DNA from: Fusobacteriaceae bacterium
GTDB lineage: Bacteria; Fusobacteriota; Fusobacteriia; Fusobacteriales; Fusobacteriaceae
Length of the DNA stretch: 48,031 nt
Assembly: GCA_031272775.1 (NCBI GenBank)
Contig: JAISTB010000031.1
Span: 1 to 48,031 of the forward strand
Direction of reading: 5' to 3'
Positions within the stretch are counted from its first letter, which is position 1. Each line of letters starts with the position of its first letter. Position numbers and translations under genes: made by a program. Positions 8,432 to 18,958 of this stretch are shown piece after piece. The notes under the pieces are model-generated. The model searched no databases. It worked only from the letters and a program-made list of their open reading frames with translations, and was not told where the DNA came from.

Positions 8432-9985
8432 TTATAGCATTTTTTGCCTCATACAAAAAGAGAAATCTTTCAATCTCCGCAAAAACTCAGGAATCGCGTC
8501 GGCGATTTCCCCGGCCAGCGGGGCGTATTCCGTCATGGTCTCCGAAAGAAGCTCGCCGGCCCGTCCGTGGAGCCAGGCCCCCAGGGCCGCGGCGTGAAAG
8601 ATGTCCATGCCCTGAGCCCCGAGTCCCGCCACAAGGCCCGTCAACACATCGCCGCTCCCGCCCTTGGCGAGGGCCGTGTTTCCGCTGGGATTTAGGTAAA
8701 TCTCGCCGTCGGGCCGGGCGATCACGGTCCGGTGGTCCTTGAGGAGCGTCGCGGCGCGATATTTTTCGGCGAATGCTTTGGCCGTGGTCAGAGGGGAGGC
8801 CAGAATTTCCGTCACGGGCTTTCCGGTGAGCCTCGACATTTCTCCGGGATGGGGCGTAATGAGCGGAATTTTTTGGCAATCCCGCAGGATACGCGGATCT
8901 TCTTGGATCAGGTTCAGCCCGTCGGCGTCAAGGACAATCTGCCCGGAAAACCGCCGGAGCAGTTTTCGCAAGGCGCGCCGGATCGCTGGGCTTTGGCCGA
9001 GGCCGGGTCCGGCCGCGAGGACGTCCGCGCTTGCCAGGATGTTCTCGGCTTTTTCTCCGAAGTGAATCGTCGCGCCCGCCTCATAAGGCAACGTGATTGC
9101 TTCAGGAATAAGGATTTGCAGCGTACTTGCGATCTCTTCCGGGACGAGGCAGTACACGAGTCCAGCGCCTGCCCGGTAGGCGCTTTTGGCCGCAAGATAA
9201 GCGGCCCCCGCCATTTCCCGACTGCCCGCAAAGAGAAGGACCTTTCCGTAGCTCCCCTTGTTGCTGCGGGGTTTCCGCGAAGGCAACAGCGCCGCCGCTT
9301 CCTTCGGCGTCAGCATACGGTAAGGGCTTTGGACGGCCTCCGCGACATCCCGAGGGATTCCGATATCGGCCACATGGAGACGGCCGCAGCAGGCGGGGCC
9401 TTTGCCGGTCAAAAGGCTCAGCTTGGGGAGGGCAAAGGTCACCGTTTCATCGGCAATTACCGCGGCGGCGCCTTGATTTTCGTCCGCGTCTCCGACCCCT
9501 GAGGGGATATCGACGCTGATCACATAGCGGGCGTATTTGTTGACGCTTTCGATGACGCCGCGGATCGGTTCCCTGACATCCCCGCGAATACCGGTCCCGA
9601 GGAGGGCGTCCACCACGATGTCCGCTTTCCCGACGAGCTCATCAAAGCCTCCGGCTTTGTATTCTCCGACGGAAAAAAGCGCCTCCAGCCTGCGGTAATT
9701 GCTCAAGGCGTCGCCTTCCAAAGCATCGGGTTTTTCCGTAAAGACAAGTTGCGGCGCGTAGCCCGCCGCAAAGAGCTGTCTCGCCACGGCAAAGCCGTCG
9801 CCGCCGTTGTTTCCTTTTCCGCAGAGTACGAGAACCCGCTTCCAGCCATGTTCCCGCAGCCGCCGAATCACGAGATCCGTCACGGCCCGGGCGGCCCTTT
9901 CCATAAGCGTCAGACCCGGGACGCCGTATTCCTCTATGGTTATTTTGTCTATGGCGCGCATCTGCGCGCCCGTCACGATTTTCAT
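8432..9985 (-). CDS. nnr: Bifunctional NAD(P)H-hydrate repair enzyme (YjeF_N epimerase + YjeF_C ADP-dependent dehydratase)
   Basis: 517 aa. N-terminus LVLCGKGNNGGDGFAVARQL (YjeF_N). C-terminus GSYGKVLLFAGS...GGSGDVLTG (carbohydrate-kinase-like YjeF_C). Confidence 0.85.
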   Translation of the reverse strand: MKIVTGAQMRAIDKITIEEYGVPGLTLMERAARAVTDLVIRRLREHGWKRVLVLCGKGNNGGDGFAVARQLFAAGYAPQLVFTEKPDALEGDALSNYRRLEALFSVGEYKAGGFDELVGKADIVVDALLGTGIRGDVREPIRGVIESVNKYARYVISVDIPSGVGDADENQGAAAVIADETVTFALPKLSLLTGKGPACCGRLHVADIGIPRDVAEAVQSPYRMLTPKEAAALLPSRKPRSNKGSYGKVLLFAGSREMAGAAYLAAKSAYRAGAGLVYCLVPEEIASTLQILIPEAITLPYEAGATIHFGEKAENILASADVLAAGPGLGQSPAIRRALRKLLRRFSGQIVLDADGLNLIQEDPRILRDCQKIPLITPHPGEMSRLTGKPVTEILASPLTTAKAFAEKYRAATLLKDHRTVIARPDGEIYLNPSGNTALAKGGSGDVLTGLVAGLGAQGMDIFHAAALGAWLHGRAGELLSETMTEYAPLAGEIADAIPEFLRRLKDFSFCMRQKML

Positions 9986-10041
9986 CCTGTACCTCGCCAG
10001 CGCAATATCGTATCAATATGCGGTAATTGCTTTTTTGGGGA

Positions 10042-11265
10042 TTATTCCGTCCGCAGGGCGTCAACGGGATTGAGGTTTGCCGCCTTTCGGGCGGGCGTTA
10101 CGCCGAACACTACCCCGATAATCGTTGAAACCAGCATGGATCCGAAGATATAGATCGGGGAAAAGACCGGCGGGATTCCGAGGAAACCCCCGATGCCCAA
10201 GCCCAGGGATACGCCGAGAGCGATGCCGAAGACGCCTCCGAAGCCCGTAAGGATCACGGCCTCCATCAGGAACTGGATCAGAATATCGCTGTTGGTGGCC
10301 CCGATAGCCTTCCGGATGCCCACTTCCTTTGTGCGCTCGATGACGGATACGAGCATGATGTTCATGACGCCGATGCCGCCCACGAGGAGCGATATGGCCG
10401 CCACAAAGCTCACGAACATATTGAGTTGGGAGAGGATATTGTCGAAAGATTCGGCGGCGTTTGAGACCGTCGTCACTTCGTAGAGGTCCGCCGTACCGGT
10501 CAAGTCTTCAAGGACAAGCCGGGCGTCGCTCATGGATTCCGCCAGTTTTTCGGGATCTTGCGCCTCCACGATAATTTCCGTGTATTCCCCGGGGGTCTTC
10601 GTGAACATCTTGTCATAGGTGGAGACCGGGATCCGCACGAAACGCGGGATACGCCGGCCGCCCATGATCTTGATCATCTGCTCCAGAGGATTTTTGAAGA
10701 CGCCCACGATCCGATAGGCGATATAGCTGGTGTTTCTGCCCGGGGCGATGTCGAGGGTCTGCCCCACAGCGTTTTCGGGACTTCCGAAGAGGTTCCCCGC
10801 CGTCAGGTGGTCGATGGTCGCCACCTTTTCGCGCAGGTCGTACTCAAAGGACAGGATATTCCTGCCGTAGAGCATGTTCACTTTGTCGATTTCCTCAAAG
10901 TCTTTGTTCGTCGGGGAAGCCATCAGCATCTCGTTTCTGCCGTTGATCTTCACCATAAAGCGCGTCTGGATCCGGGGGCTCACGTTGCGGAATTTGCCGC
11001 TCCGCTTCATCCCCTCGATGATCTCGTCGTTGAGCATATATTTCCAGCGGAATTCCGTATCGCTTTTGTCTACGGAAACCGTAAATTTTCCGTAACCGCC
11101 CTGTTTCAGGTCTCCCATAATATTCTGCTGGGCCCCCTGACCGATGGCGGACATGGTGATGACCGAGGTGATGCCGATGATGATGCCGAGCATCGTGAGA
11201 AAGGAGCGGATCTTGTTGCCCTGGAGGGATTTGACCGCCGTTTTGAGACATTCCCAGAAATTCAT
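10042..11265 (-). CDS. macB: MacB-type ABC transporter permease (FtsX/MacB_PCD family)
   Basis: True start is MNFWECLKTAVKSLQGNKIRSFLTMLGIIIGITSVI, with ATGA overlap to the upstream ATPase. The 113-aa Arg/Pro-rich extension in the ORF track is a GC artefact. Confidence 0.8.
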   Translation of the reverse strand: MNFWECLKTAVKSLQGNKIRSFLTMLGIIIGITSVITMSAIGQGAQQNIMGDLKQGGYGKFTVSVDKSDTEFRWKYMLNDEIIEGMKRSGKFRNVSPRIQTRFMVKINGRNEMLMASPTNKDFEEIDKVNMLYGRNILSFEYDLREKVATIDHLTAGNLFGSPENAVGQTLDIAPGRNTSYIAYRIVGVFKNPLEQMIKIMGGRRIPRFVRIPVSTYDKMFTKTPGEYTEIIVEAQDPEKLAESMSDARLVLEDLTGTADLYEVTTVSNAAESFDNILSQLNMFVSFVAAISLLVGGIGVMNIMLVSVIERTKEVGIRKAIGATNSDILIQFLMEAVILTGFGGVFGIALGVSLGLGIGGFLGIPPVFSPIYIFGSMLVSTIIGVVFGVTPARKAANLNPVDALRTE

Positions 11266-11939
11266 GAGACCACCTCGTCCTTGATGATCATGCCGTCCTT
11301 GAACGTCAAGATCCGTTTGACGTATTTTTTCGTCTCGGGCTCGTGGCTCACGATGGCGACTGTTTTCCCCGCTTTGTTGAGCTTCACGAAAAGCTCCATG
11401 ATCTCGTTTTTTGAGACGGAGTCGAGGTTGCCGGTGGGCTCGTCGGCCAGAACGATGGCCGGGTCGTTGATGAGGGCCCGTGCGATGGCGACCCGTTGCT
11501 TCTGACCGCCCGAGAGTTCGTTGGGCCGGTGGTGCAGCCGGTCTCCGAGGCCCACCTGCTCCAGCATTTCCTGCGCCTTTTTGTGGCGGGTCGGTCCGTC
11601 GCATCCGCCGTAAATCAGCGGCAATTCCACATTTTCCAGGGCCGTCAGCTTCGAGAGCAGGTTGAAAGACTGGAACACAAAGCCGATCTTCGTGTTCCGG
11701 ATCCCGCAGAGTTCCTTTTCCGTCATGTTGGAGACATTTATGCCGTCCAGAATATACGTCCCCTCATACATGCGGTCCAGACAGCCGATGATATTCATCA
11801 GCGTCGACTTGCCGCTGCCGGAACTGCCCATAATGGCCGTGATCTCCCCGGCCCCGATCTCAAAATTGATGTCTTTCAGCGCGTGGAGCTTGATTTCTCC
11901 CGAGATATAATATTTGTCCAGATGCCGTATCGTGATCAT
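11262..11939 (-). CDS. ABC transporter ATP-binding protein (MacB/LolD-like)
   Basis: Walker A GSSGSGKST, signature [15 protein letters not shown], Walker [12 protein letters not shown]. Confidence 0.9.
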   Translation of the reverse strand: MITIRHLDKYYISGEIKLHALKDINFEIGAGEITAIMGSSGSGKSTLMNIIGCLDRMYEGTYILDGINVSNMTEKELCGIRNTKIGFVFQSFNLLSKLTALENVELPLIYGGCDGPTRHKKAQEMLEQVGLGDRLHHRPNELSGGQKQRVAIARALINDPAIVLADEPTGNLDSVSKNEIMELFVKLNKAGKTVAIVSHEPETKKYVKRILTFKDGMIIKDEVVS

Positions 11940-11953
11940 CGCGACTCCCCCGC

Positions 11954-13129
11954 CTACATGGGCGGTCCGCCTCCGCCGGGAGGCCCTCCGACGGATCCTG
12001 CCCGGGCGGCCCCGGTTGCGCCGTTTCTGCCGCTTCGCGCGCTCCCCGTCTGCCGCAGCGTATAATTGATTTTCTCCCCGTCCCGCATGTTTTCGTTGGG
12101 GGCCACAAGGACGGCTTCGCCCAGGGAAAGCCCTTCCTTGACTTCCACGTCATCCCCTTTGCGGACGTCGGAGATGGAAACGGTCTTTTTGGTAATGACG
12201 CCGCTCTTCTGGTCTACCACATAGACGTAATAGCCGCCATCTCCTTCGAGAAGAGCCGTTTTGGGGATATTGAGCCCCTCTCCGGAATCGAGATAAATGG
12301 AGGCCGAGACCTTGAAGCCCGGCACGATATCGGCGATGGGCTCGTCGGGTTTCACTTCCACCTCGACGACGTTTTCCGAGGTGGACGTCGATGTCTTGGA
12401 AATTTTGGAGATGTCGACGACCTTCCCGGGGAAGGCCCGTTTTTTTTCGTAGACCTCGGGCCGGATCTCGATCCGCTGCCCGAGCCGGATATCGACAATG
12501 TCGTATTCGGGCACCTCGAGGATGATCTTGATCTCCGTGAGATCCGTGATCTCCATCAGGGGCTGCTCGGTGTTGACGCTGTAGTTTTCCTCGGCCGTGA
12601 GGCTTGTAATCGTGCCGCTGACGGGACTGTCAATGCGCTCGACGGTCTTTTTCAGATCCTCTTCGTATTCCTCGATATTGATTTCCGAGGTCCGGATATT
12701 TTCCTCGATTTCCAGCACGGCGTTTTTGGAGCTGCCGCCGATGGCGAGGAGGTTTTTCTCCACTTCGAGGTTCCGGCGCAGTTTGGAGAGCGTCAATTGC
12801 TCCCGCTCGATTTTCCGCACCGTATTGTTGCGTTCGTTCTCGTCAAAGGTCATGAGAAGCTGCCCTTTTTCCACATAATCCCCTTCTTTGACGAAGATTT
12901 CCTTGACTTTGAGTTTTTTGTCCACGTAGACTTTTTTCGTATCGTTTTCCACGACTTTCCCGTCTACGGAGATATAGGCCTTGCCGCGGGAATTGACGAG
13001 AGACAGGGCCTCATAGCGGACCGCGGGCGCCTTTTCTTCGGCCGTTCCGGCCTTTTTCTTCTGCCATACCCGGTATCCCGCGTATACGCCGCCCAGGACG
13101 AGCAGCAGCGCAAACAGCTTTTTTCCCAT
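11954..13129 (-). CDS. macA: Efflux periplasmic adaptor (MacA/HlyD-family membrane fusion protein)
   Basis: N-terminal TM anchor, coiled-coil middle, beta-barrel and lipoyl-like motifs. Sits between tolC and the ABC genes. Confidence 0.8.
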   Translation of the reverse strand: MGKKLFALLLVLGGVYAGYRVWQKKKAGTAEEKAPAVRYEALSLVNSRGKAYISVDGKVVENDTKKVYVDKKLKVKEIFVKEGDYVEKGQLLMTFDENERNNTVRKIEREQLTLSKLRRNLEVEKNLLAIGGSSKNAVLEIEENIRTSEINIEEYEEDLKKTVERIDSPVSGTITSLTAEENYSVNTEQPLMEITDLTEIKIILEVPEYDIVDIRLGQRIEIRPEVYEKKRAFPGKVVDISKISKTSTSTSENVVEVEVKPDEPIADIVPGFKVSASIYLDSGEGLNIPKTALLEGDGGYYVYVVDQKSGVITKKTVSISDVRKGDDVEVKEGLSLGEAVLVAPNENMRDGEKINYTLRQTGSARSGRNGATGAARAGSVGGPPGGGGPPM

Positions 13130-14374
13130 TTATTCCTCCCCTTTGACGCGCAGCTCATAGATATAACCGTAGAGGCTGTTTCTGGACTTCTCGGCCGTGA
13201 TCCGGTATTCGAGGTAGTCGTTGAAGGATTCCATGACGTCAAGATATGTCGATTTGCCGTTCTGGTATTCCAGCTTCTTGATTTCGTAATTTTTCGCCTC
13301 AAGATCGGCTTTGTTTTTATTCACCAGCCAGGTATTCTCATAGCTGGCAAGATTGTAGAGGATCTTTTGCTTCTCGGCTTCATTTTCGAGGCGGGCCTGC
13401 CGGTAGCTGATGGCCTGCTGTTCAAGATCCAGTTTTTCCTGCTCGAGGTCGAGGTTGTAGTCGAGAAAACGTTTGGAAAAGGTGAGGGACACGCGGTTTT
13501 CGTCGTTTTTCGTGTCCCGGGAGAGACCCACGGTGATGTCGGGCGTTATGTCGTCATAGTTCAAATAATTGATGCTCTCTTTGGTGATTTCCTGCTGGAG
13601 CAATTGTTTTTGCAGATCGAGCTGTCCGTATCGGGCGACGAGCCCGTCGTAATTGAGCTTTTTCCCGGGGATATCGGCCAGGGCCAGCTTTCCCGTGTCG
13701 ATGCCGAAAATATAGCGGAACTGCTCCCGGAGCTTCGTGAGGTTGTCTTTGAGCAAAACCGATTCCAGATTGAGATTGTTGAGATTCATCAAAAGCGTCT
13801 CGAGCTCAATTTTGGACACAGCCCCCAGGTCATAGGATTTCGTCAGTTTTTCCCGCTCCAGTTCGAGGGTCTTGACGCCGCTCTGCTTCACTCGGAGCTC
13901 CAGCTCGTTATTTTTGTATTCGACGTACAGCGAAATCAGGTTGGCCTTGATGGTCTCCATATCGATCCGGTAAGTCAGCTCGTCGACTTTTTTGCTGAGG
14001 TCCAGTTTTTTGAGCTCGCTCTTGTTTTTGCTGTAAATGAGGTCTTTGAGGCTCTTTTCGACGCCGATCGTCGCATAGTCGTCGTTGTCGTAGTCCTTGG
14101 TCCCCTCGATGTAAATGGGGCCCCACTGGGCGCGGCCCGTGGTCTGCCAGGCGTCCTCCAGCCTGCTGTACTGGCTTGAGGCCGTGGTCTGGACGCCGTT
14201 CCAGTCCCCGAGCTTGTAGTATTTTTCCTTGTCCCGGTTGAGCTCCCTTTGCTTTTGCCAGAGGTCGATCCGATAGGAGGAACGGGATACCATATCGAGC
14301 ATGTTGTCGAGGGTCATGGTCTTTCCCTGGAGCGTCGCCGCCAAGAGGAAAACCGACATAAGAATTTTTTTCAT
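13130..14374 (-). CDS. tolC: TolC-family outer membrane efflux channel
   Basis: 414 aa, signal peptide, two long coiled-coil repeats. First gene of a tolC-macA-macB operon. Confidence 0.8.
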   Translation of the reverse strand: MKKILMSVFLLAATLQGKTMTLDNMLDMVSRSSYRIDLWQKQRELNRDKEKYYKLGDWNGVQTTASSQYSRLEDAWQTTGRAQWGPIYIEGTKDYDNDDYATIGVEKSLKDLIYSKNKSELKKLDLSKKVDELTYRIDMETIKANLISLYVEYKNNELELRVKQSGVKTLELEREKLTKSYDLGAVSKIELETLLMNLNNLNLESVLLKDNLTKLREQFRYIFGIDTGKLALADIPGKKLNYDGLVARYGQLDLQKQLLQQEITKESINYLNYDDITPDITVGLSRDTKNDENRVSLTFSKRFLDYNLDLEQEKLDLEQQAISYRQARLENEAEKQKILYNLASYENTWLVNKNKADLEAKNYEIKKLEYQNGKSTYLDVMESFNDYLEYRITAEKSRNSLYGYIYELRVKGEE

Positions 14375-14471
14375 AGAATACCGCCGTTATTCGGAATGGA
14401 TTTCGAAAAGCCTGTTTTTTCTTTCGCCCGCTATTATCTCATGATACTGTGTCCCAATCATGGCAGGACGC

Positions 14472-16910
14472 TTATATTTCCTCCGCGAGGGAAGAAAAGC
14501 CGCCGCCCGGATCGCAAGTTTCGTCGCCGATGACCAAATGGCCGCCTGTCCCGGGGGATTCCCTCAAAACGCGCAACATGTCCCCATCGGGGTCGAGCCA
14601 CAGGGTAAAATCCGCCTTTTCGGGGGGAGAGGCCGCCACGTGAAGCGCCGCCGCCACATCGGGGGAAACGGGTCCCTTCGTCACAAGGACGGCTGTTTTT
14701 CCGCTATTCTGAAAATAAAAGCCCAGGGTTTTGAGGATCGTCCGGATGCCCGCGCCTTGGCGTCTCTGCAGAAAGACGTTTTTCTTTTCGAAAAATACGG
14801 CACGGAACACGCTTTTCTGGATCGGATTGTATTCGGCTTCCCCGATCAGGAATTCCTTGATTTCCCGGAAGAGCTGCGCCTCTTTGAGGGCCAGGGACTC
14901 GAAGCGCCAGTCGGGCTCGATCAAGAGATGGATCCGGTAGTGCTCGGCCATGGTCGCGGTTTCTTTGTGGGAAACGAGAAAATTGCGGCGCTTGCGTTGC
15001 CTCAAGCTGGTCAGGATCCCCGCCGTGGCCGGATCCAGCATATCGACGATCATCTTGTTTTGCCGGACCGCGACGCCCTTTTCCGAAAATTCCAGCGACC
15101 AGTTGTCGGATCCCGTTTCTTTTTTCGTGTATACGACGGCCTCCATGGGAAAACGCTGGGTCTCCGGAGCGGCCGCTTCCGCGCGATCGCCGCTTTTTTC
15201 TTCCGAAAAACGCATATCTTCTATGTGGCATTTCACCTGAAAGCGCCCGAGCCATGTCTCCAACCGCAAGCGGAAGGCCGCGTCTACAAGGGCTTGGGGC
15301 TGTTTTTGCAATTCTTCGTAGCAGGCGGCGCTTTGAAACCAGACGCAATTTTTCGCTTCGTAACCGTCATTGAGCAAATCGGTCATCAGATGGTTTTTGT
15401 CCTTGCCGATGAGCCGCATCCGTTCCCGTTTGCAGCCCAACGCCGCGAATACCGGCGTAGGGTTCCCCTGCCCGTAGGGTTCGAGACGGCTCAGTTTTTG
15501 GTAAAAATCATAGTTCAGCTTGGAAAGGGGAAGGCGTCGCTCGATTTTGACCGGCTGCTTCAGGTCCTCATCGGTCAGCCGCTCTCCGGCGTAGGCGATC
15601 AATTTTTCCGTCAATTCCGGCAATTTTTCAAGGCTCACGGTAAATCCCGCCGCCATGGCGTGACCGCCGAATTTCTCGAAATATTCCCGGTGGGCGACGA
15701 GGGCCGCCGTAATGTCAAACCCTTCTATACTGCGGCAGGAAGCCGTGGCTATCCCCTCTTGGGGCTTGATCTCGTAGATGATCACGGGCCGATACCAGCG
15801 CTCGAGGACCTTGCTCGCCACGATGCCGATGACGCCGTGGTGGAAGCCCTCGCCGCCGGCGATCAGGATCTTGTGCCGGTCCGCTTTCTCCCGGGTGATT
15901 TTCGCGACGACAGTCCGGAAAATCTCCTCCTGGATCCGCTTGCGCTCTTTGTTGTTCTCGATCAACGAGGAAATGATGTCCATGAGTTTTTTCCGATCTT
16001 CGGAAATAAAGAGCTCCACGGCCTTTTTGGCGTCTTCGAGACGCCCGGCGGCGTTAAACAGGGGGCCGATCACAAAACCCACGTCAAAAGGCGTGTACGT
16101 TCTCGTTTCCCAGTCAGGCCACAACTGCGAGAGCAGCATTTTGAATCCCGCGGAGCGGCTTTGCGGGAGCTGCCGCAGGCCGGTTTTCGTGATGATCCGA
16201 TTGTCTCCGGTCAGCGGCACGATGTCGGCCACGGTCCCCACGGCGGCCATATCGATATAATCGAGGGCCTCATCTTTGCGTCCCAGCGCCCCATAGAGCG
16301 CCCGGATCAGCGTAAAGGCCGTTCCCACGCCTGAAAGATAGGGATAGGGCCAGCGGTTTTCGGGACGCCGAGGGTTGATGACCGCATATGCCGGAGGGAG
16401 CTCCCCCGTGATCTCATGGTGGTCCGTCAGGATCATGTCCATGCCCAGTTCCCGGCAGCGTTGGGCCTCGTTGACCGAGGTAACGCCGCAATCCACGGTA
16501 ATCACCAAATTTGCCCCGAGGGCCGCGATTTCTTCGATGGCCTGGGTATTGAGGCCGTAGCCCTCCTCCCGCAGCGGGATGTAATAACGGGGCGCGGCGC
16601 CCAGGCGGCGCAGGGCGAGAATCAGAAGAGACGTCGCCGTGATGCCGTCGACGTCGTAATCGCCGTAAATCCAGATGTTCTCGTTCTTTTCAAGGGCCTG
16701 GCGCAGGCGCGTCACGGCCTTTTCCATGTCTTCGAAAAGAAGCGGGTCCGGCAGGTCGGCGGCCGTCCCTTCAAGGAAACGAGCGACATCTTCTGTCCTT
16801 CGTATATTCCGGTGGTAGAGTATTGCGGCCACATCGGGGTCCAGGTCCCCGTATACGGCGGGATCCAGATCCTCAACGGGCGGATTGATGATCCATTTGG
16901 TATTTTTCAT
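14472..16910 (-). CDS. recJ: Single-stranded-DNA-specific exonuclease RecJ (DHH/DHHA1) with C-terminal extension
   Basis: IWIYGDYDVDGITATSLL (DHH motif I), MILTDHH (motif III), GGHAMAAG (DHHA1). Confidence 0.85.
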   Translation of the reverse strand: MKNTKWIINPPVEDLDPAVYGDLDPDVAAILYHRNIRRTEDVARFLEGTAADLPDPLLFEDMEKAVTRLRQALEKNENIWIYGDYDVDGITATSLLILALRRLGAAPRYYIPLREEGYGLNTQAIEEIAALGANLVITVDCGVTSVNEAQRCRELGMDMILTDHHEITGELPPAYAVINPRRPENRWPYPYLSGVGTAFTLIRALYGALGRKDEALDYIDMAAVGTVADIVPLTGDNRIITKTGLRQLPQSRSAGFKMLLSQLWPDWETRTYTPFDVGFVIGPLFNAAGRLEDAKKAVELFISEDRKKLMDIISSLIENNKERKRIQEEIFRTVVAKITREKADRHKILIAGGEGFHHGVIGIVASKVLERWYRPVIIYEIKPQEGIATASCRSIEGFDITAALVAHREYFEKFGGHAMAAGFTVSLEKLPELTEKLIAYAGERLTDEDLKQPVKIERRLPLSKLNYDFYQKLSRLEPYGQGNPTPVFAALGCKRERMRLIGKDKNHLMTDLLNDGYEAKNCVWFQSAACYEELQKQPQALVDAAFRLRLETWLGRFQVKCHIEDMRFSEEKSGDRAEAAAPETQRFPMEAVVYTKKETGSDNWSLEFSEKGVAVRQNKMIVDMLDPATAGILTSLRQRKRRNFLVSHKETATMAEHYRIHLLIEPDWRFESLALKEAQLFREIKEFLIGEAEYNPIQKSVFRAVFFEKKNVFLQRRQGAGIRTILKTLGFYFQNSGKTAVLVTKGPVSPDVAAALHVAASPPEKADFTLWLDPDGDMLRVLRESPGTGGHLVIGDETCDPGGGFSSLAEEI

Positions 16911-16948
16911 TGCTGTTTTCCTTTATGCGCGAAATGGGTTTTATTTCT

Positions 16949-17812
16949 TTATTCCTCCGGGGCGAAGCGATACAGGCCCACGTCTCCCTTTTCCACATAA
17001 CCCACGCCCGCGTAGGGAATGTGCATGCCGGCGATCCGATAGTTCTTTTCGGCGGCAAGGTCGAGAATTCGTTTTCTTGAGACTGCGGCCTCCGCGGGAT
17101 CGAGGTCGTAGCGGACTGAGAGCGCCGGATCCGCGAATTGGACGGGCGTCACATGGACGATGTCCCCGACGATGAGAACCTGATCCTGGATTTCGGGCCC
17201 GAATTTCAGCAGAAATACCGTGTGACCCGGCGTATGGCCCTTGGCCTCCATAGTCGTCACGTAGCCCGTAATGCCTTGATCCCAGGCAAAGGTCTCAAGA
17301 CGACTGTCATAGGCGGCCTTGACGGCTTTGGCGAGGTCGGCGTTGCCCTTGTTGGCGGGTTCGTCGGACAGCCAGAACGCCAGCTCCTTTTCATGGACAT
17401 AGAGCATGGCTTTTTCAAAATACGCTTTCCCGTCGGCGGTCAAAAGCCCCCCGATGTGGTCGCCGTGCATGTGGGTGAGAAAAATCCGGCGCACGAGTTT
17501 CGGGTCTATGCCCGCCATTTTCAGGGACTCATGCAGGGAACCGTTGGCGCCCAGACCCGCGTCGAAAAGCATAGTCCCCTGCGGCGTCTTGATGGCGAAG
17601 CCGTTGATGGCGCCGGGCGTTTCGTCTCCGGGCAGGATTTTCTTGACGATTTCGGCGTCAGGGTTCAGCAGTACGCTTTTCGCCTGAGTCCTTTTGGCGT
17701 CGGAAAGGCTGATCAATTCAGAATTACCGATGGTCCGGGACTTGAAGTCCCCCGCAAGCGCGGACGCGGCGGATGCCAGAAATACCAAACCAACTGCGAG
17801 TGCTTTTTTCAT
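16949..17812 (-). CDS. Secreted MBL-fold metallo-hydrolase
   Basis: Signal peptide MKKALAVGLVFLASAASALA after an AAGGGGG RBS. HxHxDH motif THMHGDHIGG. Start moved to M7 of the ORF-track entry. Confidence 0.75.
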   Translation of the reverse strand: MKKALAVGLVFLASAASALAGDFKSRTIGNSELISLSDAKRTQAKSVLLNPDAEIVKKILPGDETPGAINGFAIKTPQGTMLFDAGLGANGSLHESLKMAGIDPKLVRRIFLTHMHGDHIGGLLTADGKAYFEKAMLYVHEKELAFWLSDEPANKGNADLAKAVKAAYDSRLETFAWDQGITGYVTTMEAKGHTPGHTVFLLKFGPEIQDQVLIVGDIVHVTPVQFADPALSVRYDLDPAEAAVSRKRILDLAAEKNYRIAGMHIPYAGVGYVEKGDVGLYRFAPEE

Positions 17813-17926
17813 AATTCCCCCTTGGGTCATATAAGTTTATCGTTTATTTCATCAGGATAATCTTACTTCATTATACAAGAATTTTTACCGCGAAGCAAGC
17901 ACTTTCGCAGAGATTCCCCGGGGAAT

Positions 17927-17956
17927 TCAAAAACCGGCGCGATTGCTCACGCCGGC
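17927..17956 (-). terminator. Putative intrinsic terminator after the cyclophilin gene
   Basis: Minus strand CCGGCGTGAGCAATCGCGCCGG followed by TTTTTG. Confidence 0.4.
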
Positions 17957-17972
17957 CTCAAATTTTCGAAAT

Positions 17973-18839
17973 TTATTGCTGCCCTTTGACGCCCGCCGCC
18001 CGGGTCTTCAGATCCTCGAGATCCGATTTCAGCGCGTCGACCTTTTCCTGTTCCTTCGTCGCGGCCTGGGCCTTTTTGTCATCGCCCGAGAACTTGTTCT
18101 CAACTTTTTTCAGGGTCTTGGCGATAAAGGGTTCCTTTTCCTGCTTCTTGGGCCGCGCGGCGTAAATGGCCTTGAGCTCGGCCTGATAGGCGGCCTGGGC
18201 CGAGGGCGAAGCCGGTTTCACGGCATATTTGCGCAGATTGGGGAAATTCTTGTCCAGCGTCTTGTTCCATTCGTCGACTTTGGCCTTGTGCAGGGACAGA
18301 TAGCCGTCGGCGTTGGAGCTGAAGCGGATTTCCTTGATGATGTCGCCGTATTCGAGCTTGCGGATGATCTCGCTGTCCTGCTCTCCTTCGGTCTCGCCGA
18401 ATACCGTATGGCGGCCGTTGAGCCAGTCGGCGGGGGCGAGGGTCACGAAATACTGCGATCCGCCCGTATTGGGTCCCGCGTTTGCCATGGCCAGCATACC
18501 GGGCTGGAAGAAATCAAGCCAGTTCACGATCTCGTCGGGGATGCTGTAGCCGGGTCCGCCCTTTCCGGTGCCGGTGGGGTCTCCCGCCTGGAACACGAAG
18601 CCGTCAATGGCCCGGTGGATCCTGTTGTTGTTGTAAAACCCGCGTTTGGCCAGGTTGATGAAATTGGCCACCGTAATCGGCGCCGCTTCGGGATAGAGAT
18701 AAAAACTTACCTCTCCCTGGGTTGTCACAAACGTACAGCGTATGTCGTTATAGCGGAGCGACTGCTTTTTCGGCTTGCCGAAGGCTACGGCGCCGAATAC
18801 GAAGAGAAGCAGTATGGTCAATTTGAATATTCTTTTCAT
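17973..18839 (-). CDS. ppiB: Secreted cyclophilin-type peptidyl-prolyl cis-trans isomerase with Lys-rich C-terminal extension
   Basis: Signal peptide MKRIFKLTILLLFVFGAVAFG after a CAGGAGGA RBS. Cyclophilin core FHRAIDGFVFQAGDP...GGSQYFVTL. Start moved to M9. Confidence 0.85.
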   Translation of the reverse strand: MKRIFKLTILLLFVFGAVAFGKPKKQSLRYNDIRCTFVTTQGEVSFYLYPEAAPITVANFINLAKRGFYNNNRIHRAIDGFVFQAGDPTGTGKGGPGYSIPDEIVNWLDFFQPGMLAMANAGPNTGGSQYFVTLAPADWLNGRHTVFGETEGEQDSEIIRKLEYGDIIKEIRFSSNADGYLSLHKAKVDEWNKTLDKNFPNLRKYAVKPASPSAQAAYQAELKAIYAARPKKQEKEPFIAKTLKKVENKFSGDDKKAQAATKEQEKVDALKSDLEDLKTRAAGVKGQQ

Positions 18840-18958
18840 GTTTTTGGTCCTCCTGACAATCATGGTCTTGGTAAAGTGGAATCTCTTCCCTGTGCTCTAC
18901 CCGAATTATATCATGTTTTTCCTTTTGACACAACTATAATTCTTGTCTTTTGGGGATT

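Noticed and set aside
11266-11604. 113-aa N-terminal extension of the MacB permease ORF
   Set aside because: Extension is Arg/Pro/Gly-rich and overlaps the upstream ATPase gene. The internal ATG at 11265 gives the canonical ATGA coupling and a normal FtsX-family N-terminus.
14472-15200. Roughly 230-aa C-terminal extension of RecJ, considered as a fused extra domain
   Set aside because: Long-form RecJ proteins of about 750-800 aa are common in several phyla. Nothing in the extension shows a distinct motif.
12797-16334. Long plus-strand ORFs (460 aa, 624 aa) antisense to tolC/macA and recJ
   Set aside because: No motifs, biased low-complexity composition. The opposite strand encodes proteins with clear family signatures.
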